A stretch of 64,000 nucleotides of DNA from Nannocystales bacterium. GTDB lineage: Bacteria > Myxococcota_A > Polyangia > Nannocystales > Nannocystaceae. The notes under the pieces were generated by a model, which was not told where the DNA came from, did no database searches, and saw nothing but the letters and a program-made list of their open reading frames with translations. Numbering within the stretch: position 1 is the first letter of the stretch; each line of letters begins with the position of its first letter. Positions 1-10,004 of the stretch are shown in pieces. A program made the position numbers and the translations under genes. The stretch is taken from NCBI GenBank assembly GCA_050633305.1, contig JBOEGF010000032.1, forward strand, positions 192,001-256,000, in the 5' to 3' direction.

Positions 1-240
1 GAGGTAGTGCGCCATCCCAGTGTTGTCGGCGGGGTCATTCTTCGCCCCCGTGTTGACGACCACCGCACCGAACACCTCGGGGCGCTCGTGGTTCTCGCTG
101 AGAAAGACTCGGAAGCCGTTGTCCAACGTCACCGAGGTGACCGCGAGCGGATCCGTCGACCGCGGTGCTGGGCTGTCTGCCGGCTCGGGGACCGAGGCCG
201 CGAAAAGCACGGCAGACAGCGCAAAAAGAGCGAAGCCCAT
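1..240 (-). CDS. M16-family zinc peptidase (insulinase-like), N-terminal part, runs off the window edge
   Basis: My translation from the ATG at 240 gives MGFALFALSAVLFAA...TLDNGFRVFLSENHERPEVFGAVVVNTGAKNDPADNTGMAHYL. This is a signal peptide, the LDNG start typical of M16 peptidases, and the first half of the HxxEH motif at the window edge. Not in the ORF track. Confidence 0.85.
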   Translation of the reverse strand, partial: MGFALFALSAVLFAASVPEPADSPAPRSTDPLAVTSVTLDNGFRVFLSENHERPEVFGAVVVNTGAKNDPADNTGMAHYL

Positions 241-605
241 GCGGGGACCCTAGCAGCAGGTCCCCGGACACCGTGCGGTTCCCGGACGTGCCGCCGCGCG
301 CGGCAGTTGACGGGCACGCGGCGCACCGTCCGATGTCCGACAGGGCGACCTCGAAGCGTCTTCGCGAGCCCAGCCCGCGTGAGCGGGGATTGGGAAGCCT
401 GCGACTCTCATCGAGATCGACGGAGTGCTTCGTCACCCCCTTACCACGCAGCGTTCGAGCGCGCGACGCGGTCGTCCGCTCAACAACTGCACATCCGCCG
501 AGCACGACGAGCACAAGACTCCACGAAAGGGTTCGTAGGATCCTTCGGCCCACGACGGACGGTACCGTGATCGGCGTGAAACGTGGGCGCCCCGACCGAA
601 GCGCT

Positions 606-1244
606 TCAGAATGCCCACCCGGCGACCAGTCTCGCCGACATCGCCTGGTTCCACGGTGAGAGCCCAACATGGCCGCTGGGGAACCACGACCAATCGAGCC
701 CGACCTCCCCACCCATCACAAGGCCAGCCTTCTCGGAGGGCGAGAACATCGCACCGAGCGCCAGCCCCATGGTCAGTCCGTGCTCGAGAACGCGTCCGAC
801 CTCGCACGGCGCGCGGACGCAACGCAGCGTCGCGGTCCGGATCGCATACCCGGGCGCGCCCCCGACGTAGCCGAACGCCACGTCATTCTCGAGTCCGAGT
901 CGTACGACGGGACTCAGGCGGTAGAGCTGACCGCGCGAGTTTCGAGGCCGAGTCCCGGCCGCGATGCCACCGGTGGCGACCGACGCATCCTCGGGATCGC
1001 CGAGCCATCCGTGGACCACGTGGTCGAACCCGAAACCGAGCATGGCTTTGAAGCTCGAGTCGCCGTAAAGCGACGCAAGAACCGCGGCCCCGTACGTCGG
1101 ATGCCGCGCCGGGGCTTTCTGCCCGGGCGGGGCGAGGACCTCTGCCGCCACGCCGAGCTCGACCACTCCTCGCTTCGGCGCAGGACCTGCTGGAGCCCAC
1201 ACCAACAGCCCGCCGGTGAGCACGCTTCCCAACACGAGGACCAC
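606..1244 (-). CDS. Putative outer-membrane beta-barrel protein
   Basis: Hydrophobic N-terminus from the GTG at about 1244, alternating amphipathic strands, and a C-terminal ARLVAGWAF BAM-type signal. Start uncertain. Confidence 0.55.
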   Translation of the reverse strand: MVLVLGSVLTGGLLVWAPAGPAPKRGVVELGVAAEVLAPPGQKAPARHPTYGAAVLASLYGDSSFKAMLGFGFDHVVHGWLGDPEDASVATGGIAAGTRPRNSRGQLYRLSPVVRLGLENDVAFGYVGGAPGYAIRTATLRCVRAPCEVGRVLEHGLTMGLALGAMFSPSEKAGLVMGGEVGLDWSWFPSGHVGLSPWNQAMSARLVAGWAF

Positions 1245-1392
1245 TGTGTCGCATCCGCAGGGTCCGGCGAAATTTCTGAGCGCCGCGGGCAACGGAGTCG
1301 AGCGCGGCCCGGTGGTATAAGCCTGCCATCCGAGCCCCGCGTCACCCGAACGACGGCGGCCCCACTCCTGCCCATCGAGGAACGCGCCTGGC

Positions 1393-1755
1393 ATGACCTA
1401 CGACGAGTTCAACCGGTTCTGTGAGTCCCTTCGAGGGACCAGCTACGTCATGCAATGGGGCGGCTCGCATGTCTGGAAAGTGGGGGCAAAGGTGTTCGCC
1501 ATCGGGGGTTTGGCCGCCGACTCCCCCGCGTTCATCTTCAAGGTCGACGCGATGGACTTCGCCGTTCTGTGTGACCAGCCGGGCCTGCGCCCCGCCCCAT
1601 ACTTCGCCTCGCGTGGCATGAAGTGGGTGCAGCACTTCTCCCCCGACGGCCCGCCCGATGCGGAGCTGCGGGGGTTCCTGCAAGCGTCGCATCGCATTGT
1701 TGCGGCGGGTCTGACCCGTAAGGCTCGGCGCGAGCTGGGGTTCGAGTCCCGCTGA
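1393..1755 (+). CDS. MmcQ/YjbR family DNA-binding protein
   Basis: 120 aa with QWGGSHVWKVGAKVFA and PGLRPAPYFASRGMKWV motifs. Confidence 0.85.
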   Translation: MTYDEFNRFCESLRGTSYVMQWGGSHVWKVGAKVFAIGGLAADSPAFIFKVDAMDFAVLCDQPGLRPAPYFASRGMKWVQHFSPDGPPDAELRGFLQASHRIVAAGLTRKARRELGFESR

Positions 1756-1880
1756 GAAGCCGACTTCCGGCACCGGCCGGAGGGGTCAGTGAGCCCCCCT
1801 CCCACTGCCGAGCCCACCGTGCTCGCTGAGAGCGCGCTGCGATGGCAGCGGATGGGCGCAGCCGTACACTGGAACGCGCA

Positions 1881-2441
1881 ATGTCCAAGATCGAGTTCAA
1901 CATCCGGGATCTGAACACCGGCGAGGTTGTGTGCGCCGAATTCCCGGACCTTGCGACGGCAGAGACTTGGCTCGTCGACCGACCGGCCTTCACGCAAGTG
2001 CTGAGGCTGGTGACCGCACTCGAGCCGAAGACGGAGGCGCGGCTTCGGGAGGCGATGCGTCCGCTGGATGACCAAGAGCGCGCCGTGATGCTGAAAGCTG
2101 AGAGCGCGGCCGAGGCGGAGCGCATGGCCGAGGTTGCACGGCTGCAGGAGATCCAAGACAACACACCCAAGGACCCAGACCGTCCGATGACCCTTCAGTG
2201 GGCACTCGAATCCGGGCTCTCGGTGAGCGACGCCAATGATGATCGCGAGATCACGGACGCCGCACGCAAGGCGGTCCTCGCTTGGATCGCCGAGCGCGAC
2301 ACGTGGGTCCAGGATCGTGGCCAGCGGGTCGCCGCCGCGAGCGTTTCGGTGTGGCCTGGGCCAATCCCCGGCGGCAAGGAGGCCGAACGAATTCCTCCGG
2401 GGGGCACGTTCGTCACCGGCAGCCGAACCCCGGATGCGTGA
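1881..2441 (+). CDS. Hypothetical protein
   Basis: Natural-looking composition and GC-rich third positions from MSKIEFNIRD; no family recognised. Confidence 0.65.
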   Translation: MSKIEFNIRDLNTGEVVCAEFPDLATAETWLVDRPAFTQVLRLVTALEPKTEARLREAMRPLDDQERAVMLKAESAAEAERMAEVARLQEIQDNTPKDPDRPMTLQWALESGLSVSDANDDREITDAARKAVLAWIAERDTWVQDRGQRVAAASVSVWPGPIPGGKEAERIPPGGTFVTGSRTPDA

Positions 2442-2521
2442 GGAGAACGCACGAGTCACATCAAGGCCCTCCTCGGGTGGCAGCCCCGGCAGCTCCGTCG
2501 GACGCGTCGTTCGAGCCGACC

Positions 2522-3136
2522 TCAGCCCCAGCCGATGGCGTATCGGGTCTGACCCGGCTCGTCGTCGACGAGGTCTGCGTACTGCTGCTCCGCCCGGCAA
2601 GCGGTGAGCGCCGCGCGAAAGGACGCGACCAACGACACGCGAAACGGTCGCGAGTAGAGCCCCGGGGGGTAGGCAAGTGTGACTTGGGCTGAGCGTTTGT
2701 CCCCCGACGTGAGCAGCTCACTGCCCTCATGGAACGTCTTCCATCGGCGGGTCGCGCTCATGAAAAGGAGCGTCGGGGAGAACAAGAGCATCAAGGCACG
2801 GAAGAGCGGGCGTCGGTAGATCCGAAGCTGACGCTCGTAGTTCCACGCAAGAAACTCGTCGTCGGTCGCGTGCACCCGATCGCGGACCATGGTGAGCGCG
2901 AGGACAACCTCGACCGAGGGCATCCAGTCATCGGGGTCGATGTCGGCCGCCTCGCGTCCCTGGAGCGGGACATCGATTCCGTCTCCCTCGAAGAGGTCGG
3001 GAAACCGCTCCAGCATGTCGCGGAGGAACACCGCCCGACTTCGACACGCCGGAAACGACGCAAGTCCTTCAGGCAACGCCTCCAGGTATGCAGCCGCCTC
3101 CGGATACCTGGTGGCATCGACTCGCCCCGCTCGCAT
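2522..3136 (-). CDS. Conserved myxobacterial-type hypothetical protein (possibly DUF2378/V4R-like fold)
   Basis: YLEALPEGLASFPAC...WMP...RWKTFHEGSEL pattern; start uncertain. Confidence 0.55.
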   Translation of the reverse strand: MRAGRVDATRYPEAAAYLEALPEGLASFPACRSRAVFLRDMLERFPDLFEGDGIDVPLQGREAADIDPDDWMPSVEVVLALTMVRDRVHATDDEFLAWNYERQLRIYRRPLFRALMLLFSPTLLFMSATRRWKTFHEGSELLTSGDKRSAQVTLAYPPGLYSRPFRVSLVASFRAALTACRAEQQYADLVDDEPGQTRYAIGWG

Positions 3137-3299
3137 CGGCCCTGACGGCACCTCGGATTCGTAATGCGTCGCCTCGTTATGGTCAAGCGATGTGGACGGC
3201 CCGGAAACGGACACGAGAGTCCAACCTCGGGACGCCGCGCGAGCACCAAGGCATCCCCCGAGCATGCGATGTCCAGCTCGGGGAAGACCGGAGCAGGCC

Positions 3300-4202
3300 T
3301 CACTCCGTGTAGATGAAAAGGTCGTCGCCGTCGGTCACCGTCACGACGACCAGTGTGTCGAGCGTGAGCTCCGGACCGAGCCCCTCGTACGCGGTTTGAA
3401 GGCTCTGCGCATGCATCGGGCCGTACGCGAGGATGTGGAGGATCTGTTTCTCCCACGCATCCACAGGCGCGACGTTGGCCGTGCTCTGCGGAATGTCCGA
3501 GAGTTTGTCCTCGAGAAGGGCCTGCGCCTGCTTCACCGAGTACGGGTCCTCCAGCGGGAACCCCTGCCCGCGCGTGACGCTGACCCCGATCTTGGTGCCG
3601 TCGAACTCGACCAGGAGATCGGTACGGGTTCCCTCTTCGTCATACACGATCTCCGTCTCGGTCTTGAGCAGCTCAGCGGACTCGCAGCGTGCAAGGACAT
3701 CGAACGAGATGACCTCCGAGTACAGCGAGCTGCCTCCCAGGTTGCCCGCATCGAACACCGCCTGGGCCCCGGGCGTGAGGAGCTCGTAGTCGAACCCGTC
3801 CTCGCCGAAGTCCAGCGTGTTGACCACGAACCCAGGGTCCTCCCCGGTGAGGGCGGCGACATCGAGCACCCCGCAGTCCCCCATCAACGCCCCCAAGCCC
3901 TCGTCTGCACCTGTCGAGGTGTCGTCTGCGGTAGCGGTACTCTCCGAAGACGAGCCCGTCGTGCCGGTGCTTCCGCCTCCCGTCGTACCGGTGTCCTCGC
4001 CCGATGAACCGGTCCCCAAAGGAACCGTACTCGCAGACGTCGAGGTCTCCTCGGCGGAGACTCCGGTCGTTCCGGTCTCCGTCTCTGCTCCCGCCCCGGT
4101 CGAACCGGACCCCGCGTCAATCCCCCCACCGTCGCAACCGAGCACACCGAGGGCGAGTGCCAGCACCAAGCCGAGCGTTCCGTCGAGTCCGCGAGCCGTC
4201 AT
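3300..4202 (-). CDS. Lipoprotein with Thr/Gly/Ser linker and a C-terminal AAC4-like (restriction-endonuclease-like fold) domain
   Basis: Lipobox VLGC, low-complexity linker, then NLGGSSLYSEVISFDVL...LLKTETEIVY...TDLLV...IGVSVTRG. Confidence 0.65.
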   Translation of the reverse strand: MTARGLDGTLGLVLALALGVLGCDGGGIDAGSGSTGAGAETETGTTGVSAEETSTSASTVPLGTGSSGEDTGTTGGGSTGTTGSSSESTATADDTSTGADEGLGALMGDCGVLDVAALTGEDPGFVVNTLDFGEDGFDYELLTPGAQAVFDAGNLGGSSLYSEVISFDVLARCESAELLKTETEIVYDEEGTRTDLLVEFDGTKIGVSVTRGQGFPLEDPYSVKQAQALLEDKLSDIPQSTANVAPVDAWEKQILHILAYGPMHAQSLQTAYEGLGPELTLDTLVVVTVTDGDDLFIYTE

Positions 4203-4298
4203 GCGGAGACGTTCCCCCGCACCGCGGGTCGGGGCAAGAACAAACCGCTCGCGTCATCCAACTGCAGGGGTCGGACGACGCGGGCGGTGCGGATGAGC

Positions 4299-5363
4299 TC
4301 AGCCGCCGAACTTGCCGAACGCGCCGAGGTCGCGGAATGCCTGGACCAGTCGGTCCCGCATGCCCTTCTCGCCCAGGTGCACCCAGGCGCGAGGGTCGAT
4401 GTGTTTCTTGTTGGGCTTGTCCGCGCCCTCGGGGTTGCCAAGCTGTGTCTTGAGGTAGGCGTCCTTCTCGTCCATGTACGTTTTCACAGGGTGGCAGAAC
4501 GCCCACTGCGTGTCGGTGTCGATGTTCATCTTCACGACGCCGTAGGAGACCGCCTCGGCGATTTCCTCAGGCGTGGACCCCGACCCCCCGTGGAAGACGA
4601 AGTGCAGCGGCTTGGGCCCACCACCATGCTTCGCCGCGACCGCGTCTTGCGAATCCTTGAGGATCCCCGGACGCAACTGAACGTTGCCCGGCTTGTAGAC
4701 CCCGTGGGTGTTGCCGAACGAGGCAGCGACGGAGAACGAGCCGACCGAGTGTAGTTTCTCGTACGCGGCAAGGACCTCGGATGGCTGGGTGTACAGCTTG
4801 GAGTCGTCGAGGTCGGAGTTGTCGACGCCATCCTCTTCGCCCCCCGTGACACCAAGCTCGATCTCCAGCGCCATGTCGATCTTGTTGAGCCGCGCCAACA
4901 TGTCGGCGCTGATCTGCAGGTTCTCCTCGAGCGTCTCTTCGCTGAGGTCCAACATGTGCGAGCTGTACAGGGGCTTGCCCGTTTGCTCGAAGTACGCCTC
5001 ACCAGCGGAGACCATGCCCTCGACCCACGGGATCAGCTTCTTGGCCGCGTGGTCGGTGTGCAGGACGACCGCGACACCATAGGCTTCGGCGATCGAGCGA
5101 ACGTAGTGCGCAGCGGCGACCGCCCCGGCGACCCCGCCGTCCCCCTTGTCCAAGAACTTGCCGCCGAAGAAGTGGGCACCACCGTTGGACAGCTGAACGA
5201 TGACCGGGGCCTTCGCTTCTCGCGCCGCCGCAAGGGCTGCGTTGGCGCTGTGGGACCCGATCACGTTGACTGCCGGGAGCGCACAGGTGTGCTCCTGACA
5301 GTAGTCGTAAAGGTCGGTAAGTGCGGTTCCAGTGACAATGCCGGGCTCGAGTTTGAATGCCAT
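4299..5363 (-). CDS. fbaA: Class II fructose-bisphosphate aldolase
   Basis: LPAVNV, HTDH, HMLDLSEE, ELGVTGGEEDG, FGNTHGVYKPGN, VFHGGSGS and KMNIDTD motifs. Confidence 0.96.
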   Translation of the reverse strand: MAFKLEPGIVTGTALTDLYDYCQEHTCALPAVNVIGSHSANAALAAAREAKAPVIVQLSNGGAHFFGGKFLDKGDGGVAGAVAAAHYVRSIAEAYGVAVVLHTDHAAKKLIPWVEGMVSAGEAYFEQTGKPLYSSHMLDLSEETLEENLQISADMLARLNKIDMALEIELGVTGGEEDGVDNSDLDDSKLYTQPSEVLAAYEKLHSVGSFSVAASFGNTHGVYKPGNVQLRPGILKDSQDAVAAKHGGGPKPLHFVFHGGSGSTPEEIAEAVSYGVVKMNIDTDTQWAFCHPVKTYMDEKDAYLKTQLGNPEGADKPNKKHIDPRAWVHLGEKGMRDRLVQAFRDLGAFGKFGG

Positions 5364-5459
5364 TGCGATGCGCTCCGTGAACGCGCGCAGCCTACCGCGA
5401 GAGGTGGACCGCCGGGTTTACGCCGTACCGGGAGGTTCCCCACCCTTCCACAAGAACAA

Positions 5460-5499
5460 AATCGAACATTGACAACATCAAAGTGATCAATGTTTGATT
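5460..5499. promoter_or_regulatory. AT-rich inverted repeat (candidate operator) in the divergent fbaA / DUF2330 promoter region
   Basis: AATCGAACATTGA (5460-5472) and TCAATGTTTGATT (5487-5499): 13-bp arms with one mismatch, 14-bp spacer, overlapping a TTGACA hexamer at 5469. Confidence 0.5.
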
Positions 5500-5504
5500 G
5501 CAAC

Positions 5505-7310
5505 ATGCCTCGCCTCGCCTTCTCCGCGTTTTGCGCACCAGTCGTCGCGCTCCTCGCCCACCTGGCGGCACCCAACACGGCGGCAGCCTGCGGCGGAACC
5601 TTCTGTGACGGAGGGGGGCCCCAGGGGATGCCCGTGGACCAGACCGGCGAGACCATCGTCTTTGCGCAGGGCGGCGGCTTCGTCGAGGCGCACGTGCAGA
5701 TCAACTACGACGGCGGCGACGCGGATCAGTTCTCGTGGATTGTCCCAGTCCCGGTTGTCCCCGAGATCGAGGTGGGCTCCCTGGCGTTCATCAACTCGCT
5801 CCGCACCGCGACGGTTCCCAGCTACGGCATCGTCAACGGGACCAACGAATGCGACGGCGGGGCGACGGGACTCTCCACCGGGTTCATCACCGACCCCGAT
5901 GGTGGCGGCGTCTCCATCGACCCGGGTGTTGACGTCATCGAACTCTCGACGGCCGGGTCCTTCGAGTACGCCATCCTGCAAGGCGGAACATCCACCACGA
6001 TGATGCAGTGGCTTGAGGCCAACGGCTACGCCCCCAACCCCTTGGCCCCCGACCTGTTCGATGCCTACATCAACGAGGGGTCGGTGTTCGTGGCGTTCCG
6101 CTTGCGGCACCTCGCTGGGATCGAAGATCTTCACCCCGTCGTCATCCGCTACGAAGGAGACGAGCCCTGCATCCCCTTGCGCCTCACCGCAGTCGCGGCC
6201 AAGGAGGACATGGACATCCGCGCGATCTTCCTCGGAGAATCGCGCGTCCTTCCGACGAACTACCGACACGTGCGGCTCAACAACTTGCAGCTGAACTGGC
6301 TGCAACAGTCTCCGAACTATCGCGACGTCGTCTCAGCGGCCCTGGACGAAGCGGGCGGACGCGGATTCGTCACCGAATACGCGGGCAACAGCAGCGTGGT
6401 CGACCCAACCCCGGTCGACGCAAGCCTATTCGACCCCGACGCCTTCATTGGGGCCGACCCCCTGAGCGTCGTCGAGATTCTCAAGGTGCAGGGATTGGTC
6501 ATCTGCACGGACACCTGCGAGTACACCCACGAGCTGATCCCAGTCCTGTTGCGAGAGTTCTTCCCTGCACCGACCGGCATCGACCCCAACACGCTGTACG
6601 CGTGCTTGAGCTGCTACGAGCGCCTCGTGGACCTCAGCGGCTGGGACGAAGCGGCATTCATCCAACGATATCGCGAGTACATCAGCGGCCCGATGGACCA
6701 CGCAACCGACCTCCTCGAGACGTGGCCCTACCTCACCCGGCTGTACAGCCGCATCTCCCCATCAGAGATGACCACCGACCCGATGTTCGCCGAAGTCGAA
6801 GGCTTGGGCCCCATCCCCAACATTCTCGGTGCCCAGCGCAACACGGATGCCTGCTGCAACGACTCCGTGGTCCTGCCCGATGGCGCGACCGTTCGCCTCA
6901 ACGCCGGCAACTGGCCCGGCTGGGGCAAGGACATGCCGAACGCAGCGGTCATACAGCAGTACCAGCCTGGAGGTCCCCCCGCAGACGAGGTCAACAACCT
7001 CGCAGCGATCAACGCCGCGCTCAACGCCCACAACCAGGCTGTGAAAGTCCCGCAGCAGTGCGACGGCGAGACAGACGGACCGATGGGAAGCACGGGCACC
7101 GAAGGCGACAGCGGCGTGTTGTCTGGCGGCGGGAGCACCAGTGGCCCGGCAACGTCGGACTCCGCCTCGCCCGCGGGTGACACCTCGAGCGGCGCCGCTC
7201 CGGGAGCGCTCGACGACGACGGAGGATGCCGGTCCGGCGGAGGCGGCTCGGGTTGGCTCGCGACCCTGCTCGGCATCGCGCTCGCTGCAACCCGGAGACG
7301 ACGTCGATGA
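5505..7310 (+). CDS. DUF2330-domain surface protein with MYXO-CTERM-like sorting signal
   Basis: Signal peptide plus ACGGTFC, VDQTGETIVF, FSWIVPVP, WLEANGY, PCIPLRLT, GFVTEYAG; C-terminus GC-x-GGGG, hydrophobic stretch, RRRRR. Confidence 0.85.
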   Translation: MPRLAFSAFCAPVVALLAHLAAPNTAAACGGTFCDGGGPQGMPVDQTGETIVFAQGGGFVEAHVQINYDGGDADQFSWIVPVPVVPEIEVGSLAFINSLRTATVPSYGIVNGTNECDGGATGLSTGFITDPDGGGVSIDPGVDVIELSTAGSFEYAILQGGTSTTMMQWLEANGYAPNPLAPDLFDAYINEGSVFVAFRLRHLAGIEDLHPVVIRYEGDEPCIPLRLTAVAAKEDMDIRAIFLGESRVLPTNYRHVRLNNLQLNWLQQSPNYRDVVSAALDEAGGRGFVTEYAGNSSVVDPTPVDASLFDPDAFIGADPLSVVEILKVQGLVICTDTCEYTHELIPVLLREFFPAPTGIDPNTLYACLSCYERLVDLSGWDEAAFIQRYREYISGPMDHATDLLETWPYLTRLYSRISPSEMTTDPMFAEVEGLGPIPNILGAQRNTDACCNDSVVLPDGATVRLNAGNWPGWGKDMPNAAVIQQYQPGGPPADEVNNLAAINAALNAHNQAVKVPQQCDGETDGPMGSTGTEGDSGVLSGGGSTSGPATSDSASPAGDTSSGAAPGALDDDGGCRSGGGGSGWLATLLGIALAATRRRRR

Positions 7311-8218
7311 CGCGCCCGACACTTCTCAGTGTGCTGGTGTTGGGCGGCTGTACCGCATCCGTCACCGCGGGCGGGGGTCCCGACGCATCGGGGTCGTCCA
7401 GCTCGTCCGGACCGACGGTCGTCGAAACAAGCACCGGCACCACCGCGGGGCTCGACGAGAGCACGACGGCGACAGATCCCGCCTCATCCAGCACCACGGT
7501 GTCGGCATGGGAGACCGAGGGCGCGGACGAGGGGTACGCGACGACCGGAAACTGCGGCTTCACGTGCCCGCCGCCCCCAGGACCTGGAGGCGGATTTGGG
7601 TGCAACTTTTCGGACCAAGACTGCTTCGAGGGCGAGAAGTGTGCCCCATGGGCCAACGATGGCGGAGTCGTCTGGAACGCCCTGCGCTGCGTCCCGGTCG
7701 CCGACCGCCCTCACGTGTTGGGCGAAGACTGCACCGTCGAAGGCTCATTCGTCTCCGGCGTGGACAGCTGCGATGTGGGGTTGGTCTGCACGGTGACGGG
7801 CACCGACAGCCTTCGCTCCAACGCCGGCACCTGTACCCAACTGTGCAACGCCGGTCCGTGCCCGGACGGTACGTTGTGTACGGTCCCCGGCACTCTCAAC
7901 GTCGGAGCCTGTGGCGAGATCTGTGATCCGTTGGCGGATGGCGCCTGCCCACCGGGCCTGGGCTGCTTGCCCGCGGGACTCGGATTCGCGTGCCACCTCG
8001 CGTTCAACACTGGGAACGACGAGCCCTGCACTGCGGTCGCCGACTGCGGATTGACGCACGTTTGCACGCAGGCGTCACAGTGCGGCGGTGAACCGGGGGA
8101 CACGTGCTGTGCTCAGCTGTGCGACCTCGAGTCGCCGGACTGCCCAACCGGCCAAACCTGCACCGACTACGGCTCACCGCTCGCCGCCTACGCGACGGTC
8201 GGGTTCTGCGAAGGCTAG
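7307..8218 (+). CDS. Cys-rich lipoprotein (Nannocystaceae-type)
   Basis: ATGA overlap with the upstream gene, lipobox LGGC, Ser/Thr linker, QDCFEGEKCAPWANDGG and repeated Cys modules. Confidence 0.8.
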   Translation: MTRPTLLSVLVLGGCTASVTAGGGPDASGSSSSSGPTVVETSTGTTAGLDESTTATDPASSSTTVSAWETEGADEGYATTGNCGFTCPPPPGPGGGFGCNFSDQDCFEGEKCAPWANDGGVVWNALRCVPVADRPHVLGEDCTVEGSFVSGVDSCDVGLVCTVTGTDSLRSNAGTCTQLCNAGPCPDGTLCTVPGTLNVGACGEICDPLADGACPPGLGCLPAGLGFACHLAFNTGNDEPCTAVADCGLTHVCTQASQCGGEPGDTCCAQLCDLESPDCPTGQTCTDYGSPLAAYATVGFCEG

Positions 8219-9895
8219 CTAAGGCCCGCCCTGCGCCGTGGCCTGCTCCATCGCATCGAGCAGGGCCGCGCGTGAGGCCGGCTTGCGAACGAACAGTGCG
8301 TGCTCCCGCTCTAGGTCCACGTCCCGCATCGCATCCTCAACGTGTCCCGACATATACACGACGCGTAGATCCGGCTCGGTCATCCGAAGCTGGCGGACGA
8401 GGTCGGGCCCGGTCATCCCAGGCATGAGAACGTCGGTGAGCACCAGGTGAAACGGTTCGGGCGCTTCCTCCCAGCGAGCCAGCGCTTCGGCTCCGTTCGC
8501 CGCCGCCACGAGCCTGTGGCCCGCCCGGGACAACATGACCTCGAGCGCACGACGGACCAACGCATCGTCCTCGACCAGCAACACCCGCAACCGCCGACGG
8601 TCCTCGGGCCCCACCGTGTCGTCTGTCGTCTCACGCAGCTCCGCCGAGCGTCTCGTCAGCGGGAGGAACACCTCGAAACTCGATCCCACGCCCAACTCGG
8701 AGGAGAGCCGCACGTGGCCACCGTGTTGGGTGATGATTGCGTGCACGGTGGCCAGACCGATCCCGCTGCCGCGCCCACGGTCCTTGGTGGTGAAGAACGG
8801 TTCGAACACCCTGCTCTGGACCTCCGGGCTCATCCCCGAGCCTTCGTCGCTCACGGTCAGCACCGCGTATCGCCCCGGCGGGATGACCCCCGTCGCGGCG
8901 CCCGTCGGCTCGGTCACCGTGTCTGCCCACAACTGAATCCTCAACCGGCCACCATCGGGCATCGCGTCCTGGGCGTTGATCGCCAGGTTGAGCAACACCT
9001 GCAGTAGGTGGTCCCGGTCGCCCTCAATGGGCTCAACCGTCCGGTCCGCCTCCACCACAATCTCGACGTTCTCCCGGATCAAGCGGCCCAGCACCTGCTC
9101 GGCTCCCCGGACGACGTCGATCGGCCGCATTACGTCGTACGTGGCCGGTCCGCGCCGGCTGAACGCGACCAGCTCGCTCGCCAGCGAAGCACCGCGCTTG
9201 GCCGCCGTACGGATCGCGCGGAGATCGTCGTATTGCGGATGGCCCACGCCGGTGTCCTGCATGACGTCGTCGACGCGTGCCAGCACGACGGCAAGCACGT
9301 TGTTGAAGTCATGCGCAATGCCACCGGCGAGCCGGCCCAAGCTCTCGAGTTTTTGCCCCGCGACCGCCTGGTCCGAGAGGGTTTTCTGACGTTCTCGTGC
9401 GATGTTGCGGACCCGTCGAACCAGCCAGAGCGTGAGCATCACAAGACCGACCTGCGAAAGCCACCGCGTGAACAAGGGAGGCCGGCTCCCGCGAGGGGTC
9501 CAGTCGCACGCTTCGGCCACTGCCAAGAGCGTAGTCAAGACAACAACCACCGCACCCCATCCCAGGGCGACACGGCCTCGCCCGACCATCGAGGCGATCA
9601 TGGGAATGAGCGCGAGCCAGGCCGTGATCTCCATGAGCAGCCCACCGCGGATCCAAGCCAGCGCGAGGACGACACAGAGCACGAGCGCTCCGGTGTAGTT
9701 GCCGACCCAGTACAGCAAGCCCGGTCGGTGCTTCACGAGGAGAGCCGGGGCCGCCATCGTGGCGCCCACGATCAAAACCCACGCGCCCGCGTGGTTGCCC
9801 CCCGAGTACGCGACACCGGCCAGGCCAGCCATCAGCCCGACGCTGATGCCGAGGAGGGTCCGAAGCACCCCCCATGCGCGTGGCCCGTCATGCAT
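8219..9895 (-). CDS. Membrane hybrid histidine kinase with receiver domain
   Basis: Several TM helices, H-box AHDFNN, N-box NLAINAQDAM, DEGSGM, FEPFFTTK, GSGIGL, receiver LLVEDD...DVLMP...KP. Start estimated. Confidence 0.9.
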   Translation of the reverse strand: MHDGPRAWGVLRTLLGISVGLMAGLAGVAYSGGNHAGAWVLIVGATMAAPALLVKHRPGLLYWVGNYTGALVLCVVLALAWIRGGLLMEITAWLALIPMIASMVGRGRVALGWGAVVVVLTTLLAVAEACDWTPRGSRPPLFTRWLSQVGLVMLTLWLVRRVRNIARERQKTLSDQAVAGQKLESLGRLAGGIAHDFNNVLAVVLARVDDVMQDTGVGHPQYDDLRAIRTAAKRGASLASELVAFSRRGPATYDVMRPIDVVRGAEQVLGRLIRENVEIVVEADRTVEPIEGDRDHLLQVLLNLAINAQDAMPDGGRLRIQLWADTVTEPTGAATGVIPPGRYAVLTVSDEGSGMSPEVQSRVFEPFFTTKDRGRGSGIGLATVHAIITQHGGHVRLSSELGVGSSFEVFLPLTRRSAELRETTDDTVGPEDRRRLRVLLVEDDALVRRALEVMLSRAGHRLVAAANGAEALARWEEAPEPFHLVLTDVLMPGMTGPDLVRQLRMTEPDLRVVYMSGHVEDAMRDVDLEREHALFVRKPASRAALLDAMEQATAQGGP

Positions 9896-10004
9896 ACCCC
9901 AGCCGATGGTACCCCTGGAAACCCGTTGAGCGGGTCGGCACGAATTGGGACGGCGTCGGCCCCCGGGCGTAACCGTGTTGGCCGGTCGGCGTACTGCGGC
10001 AGCC

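Noticed and set aside
1779..1802. GC hairpins at gene ends (also near 22725, 38508 and 44887) as intrinsic terminators or REP elements
   Set aside because: No U-tracts, no shared sequence between them, and short GC stems arise easily by chance here.
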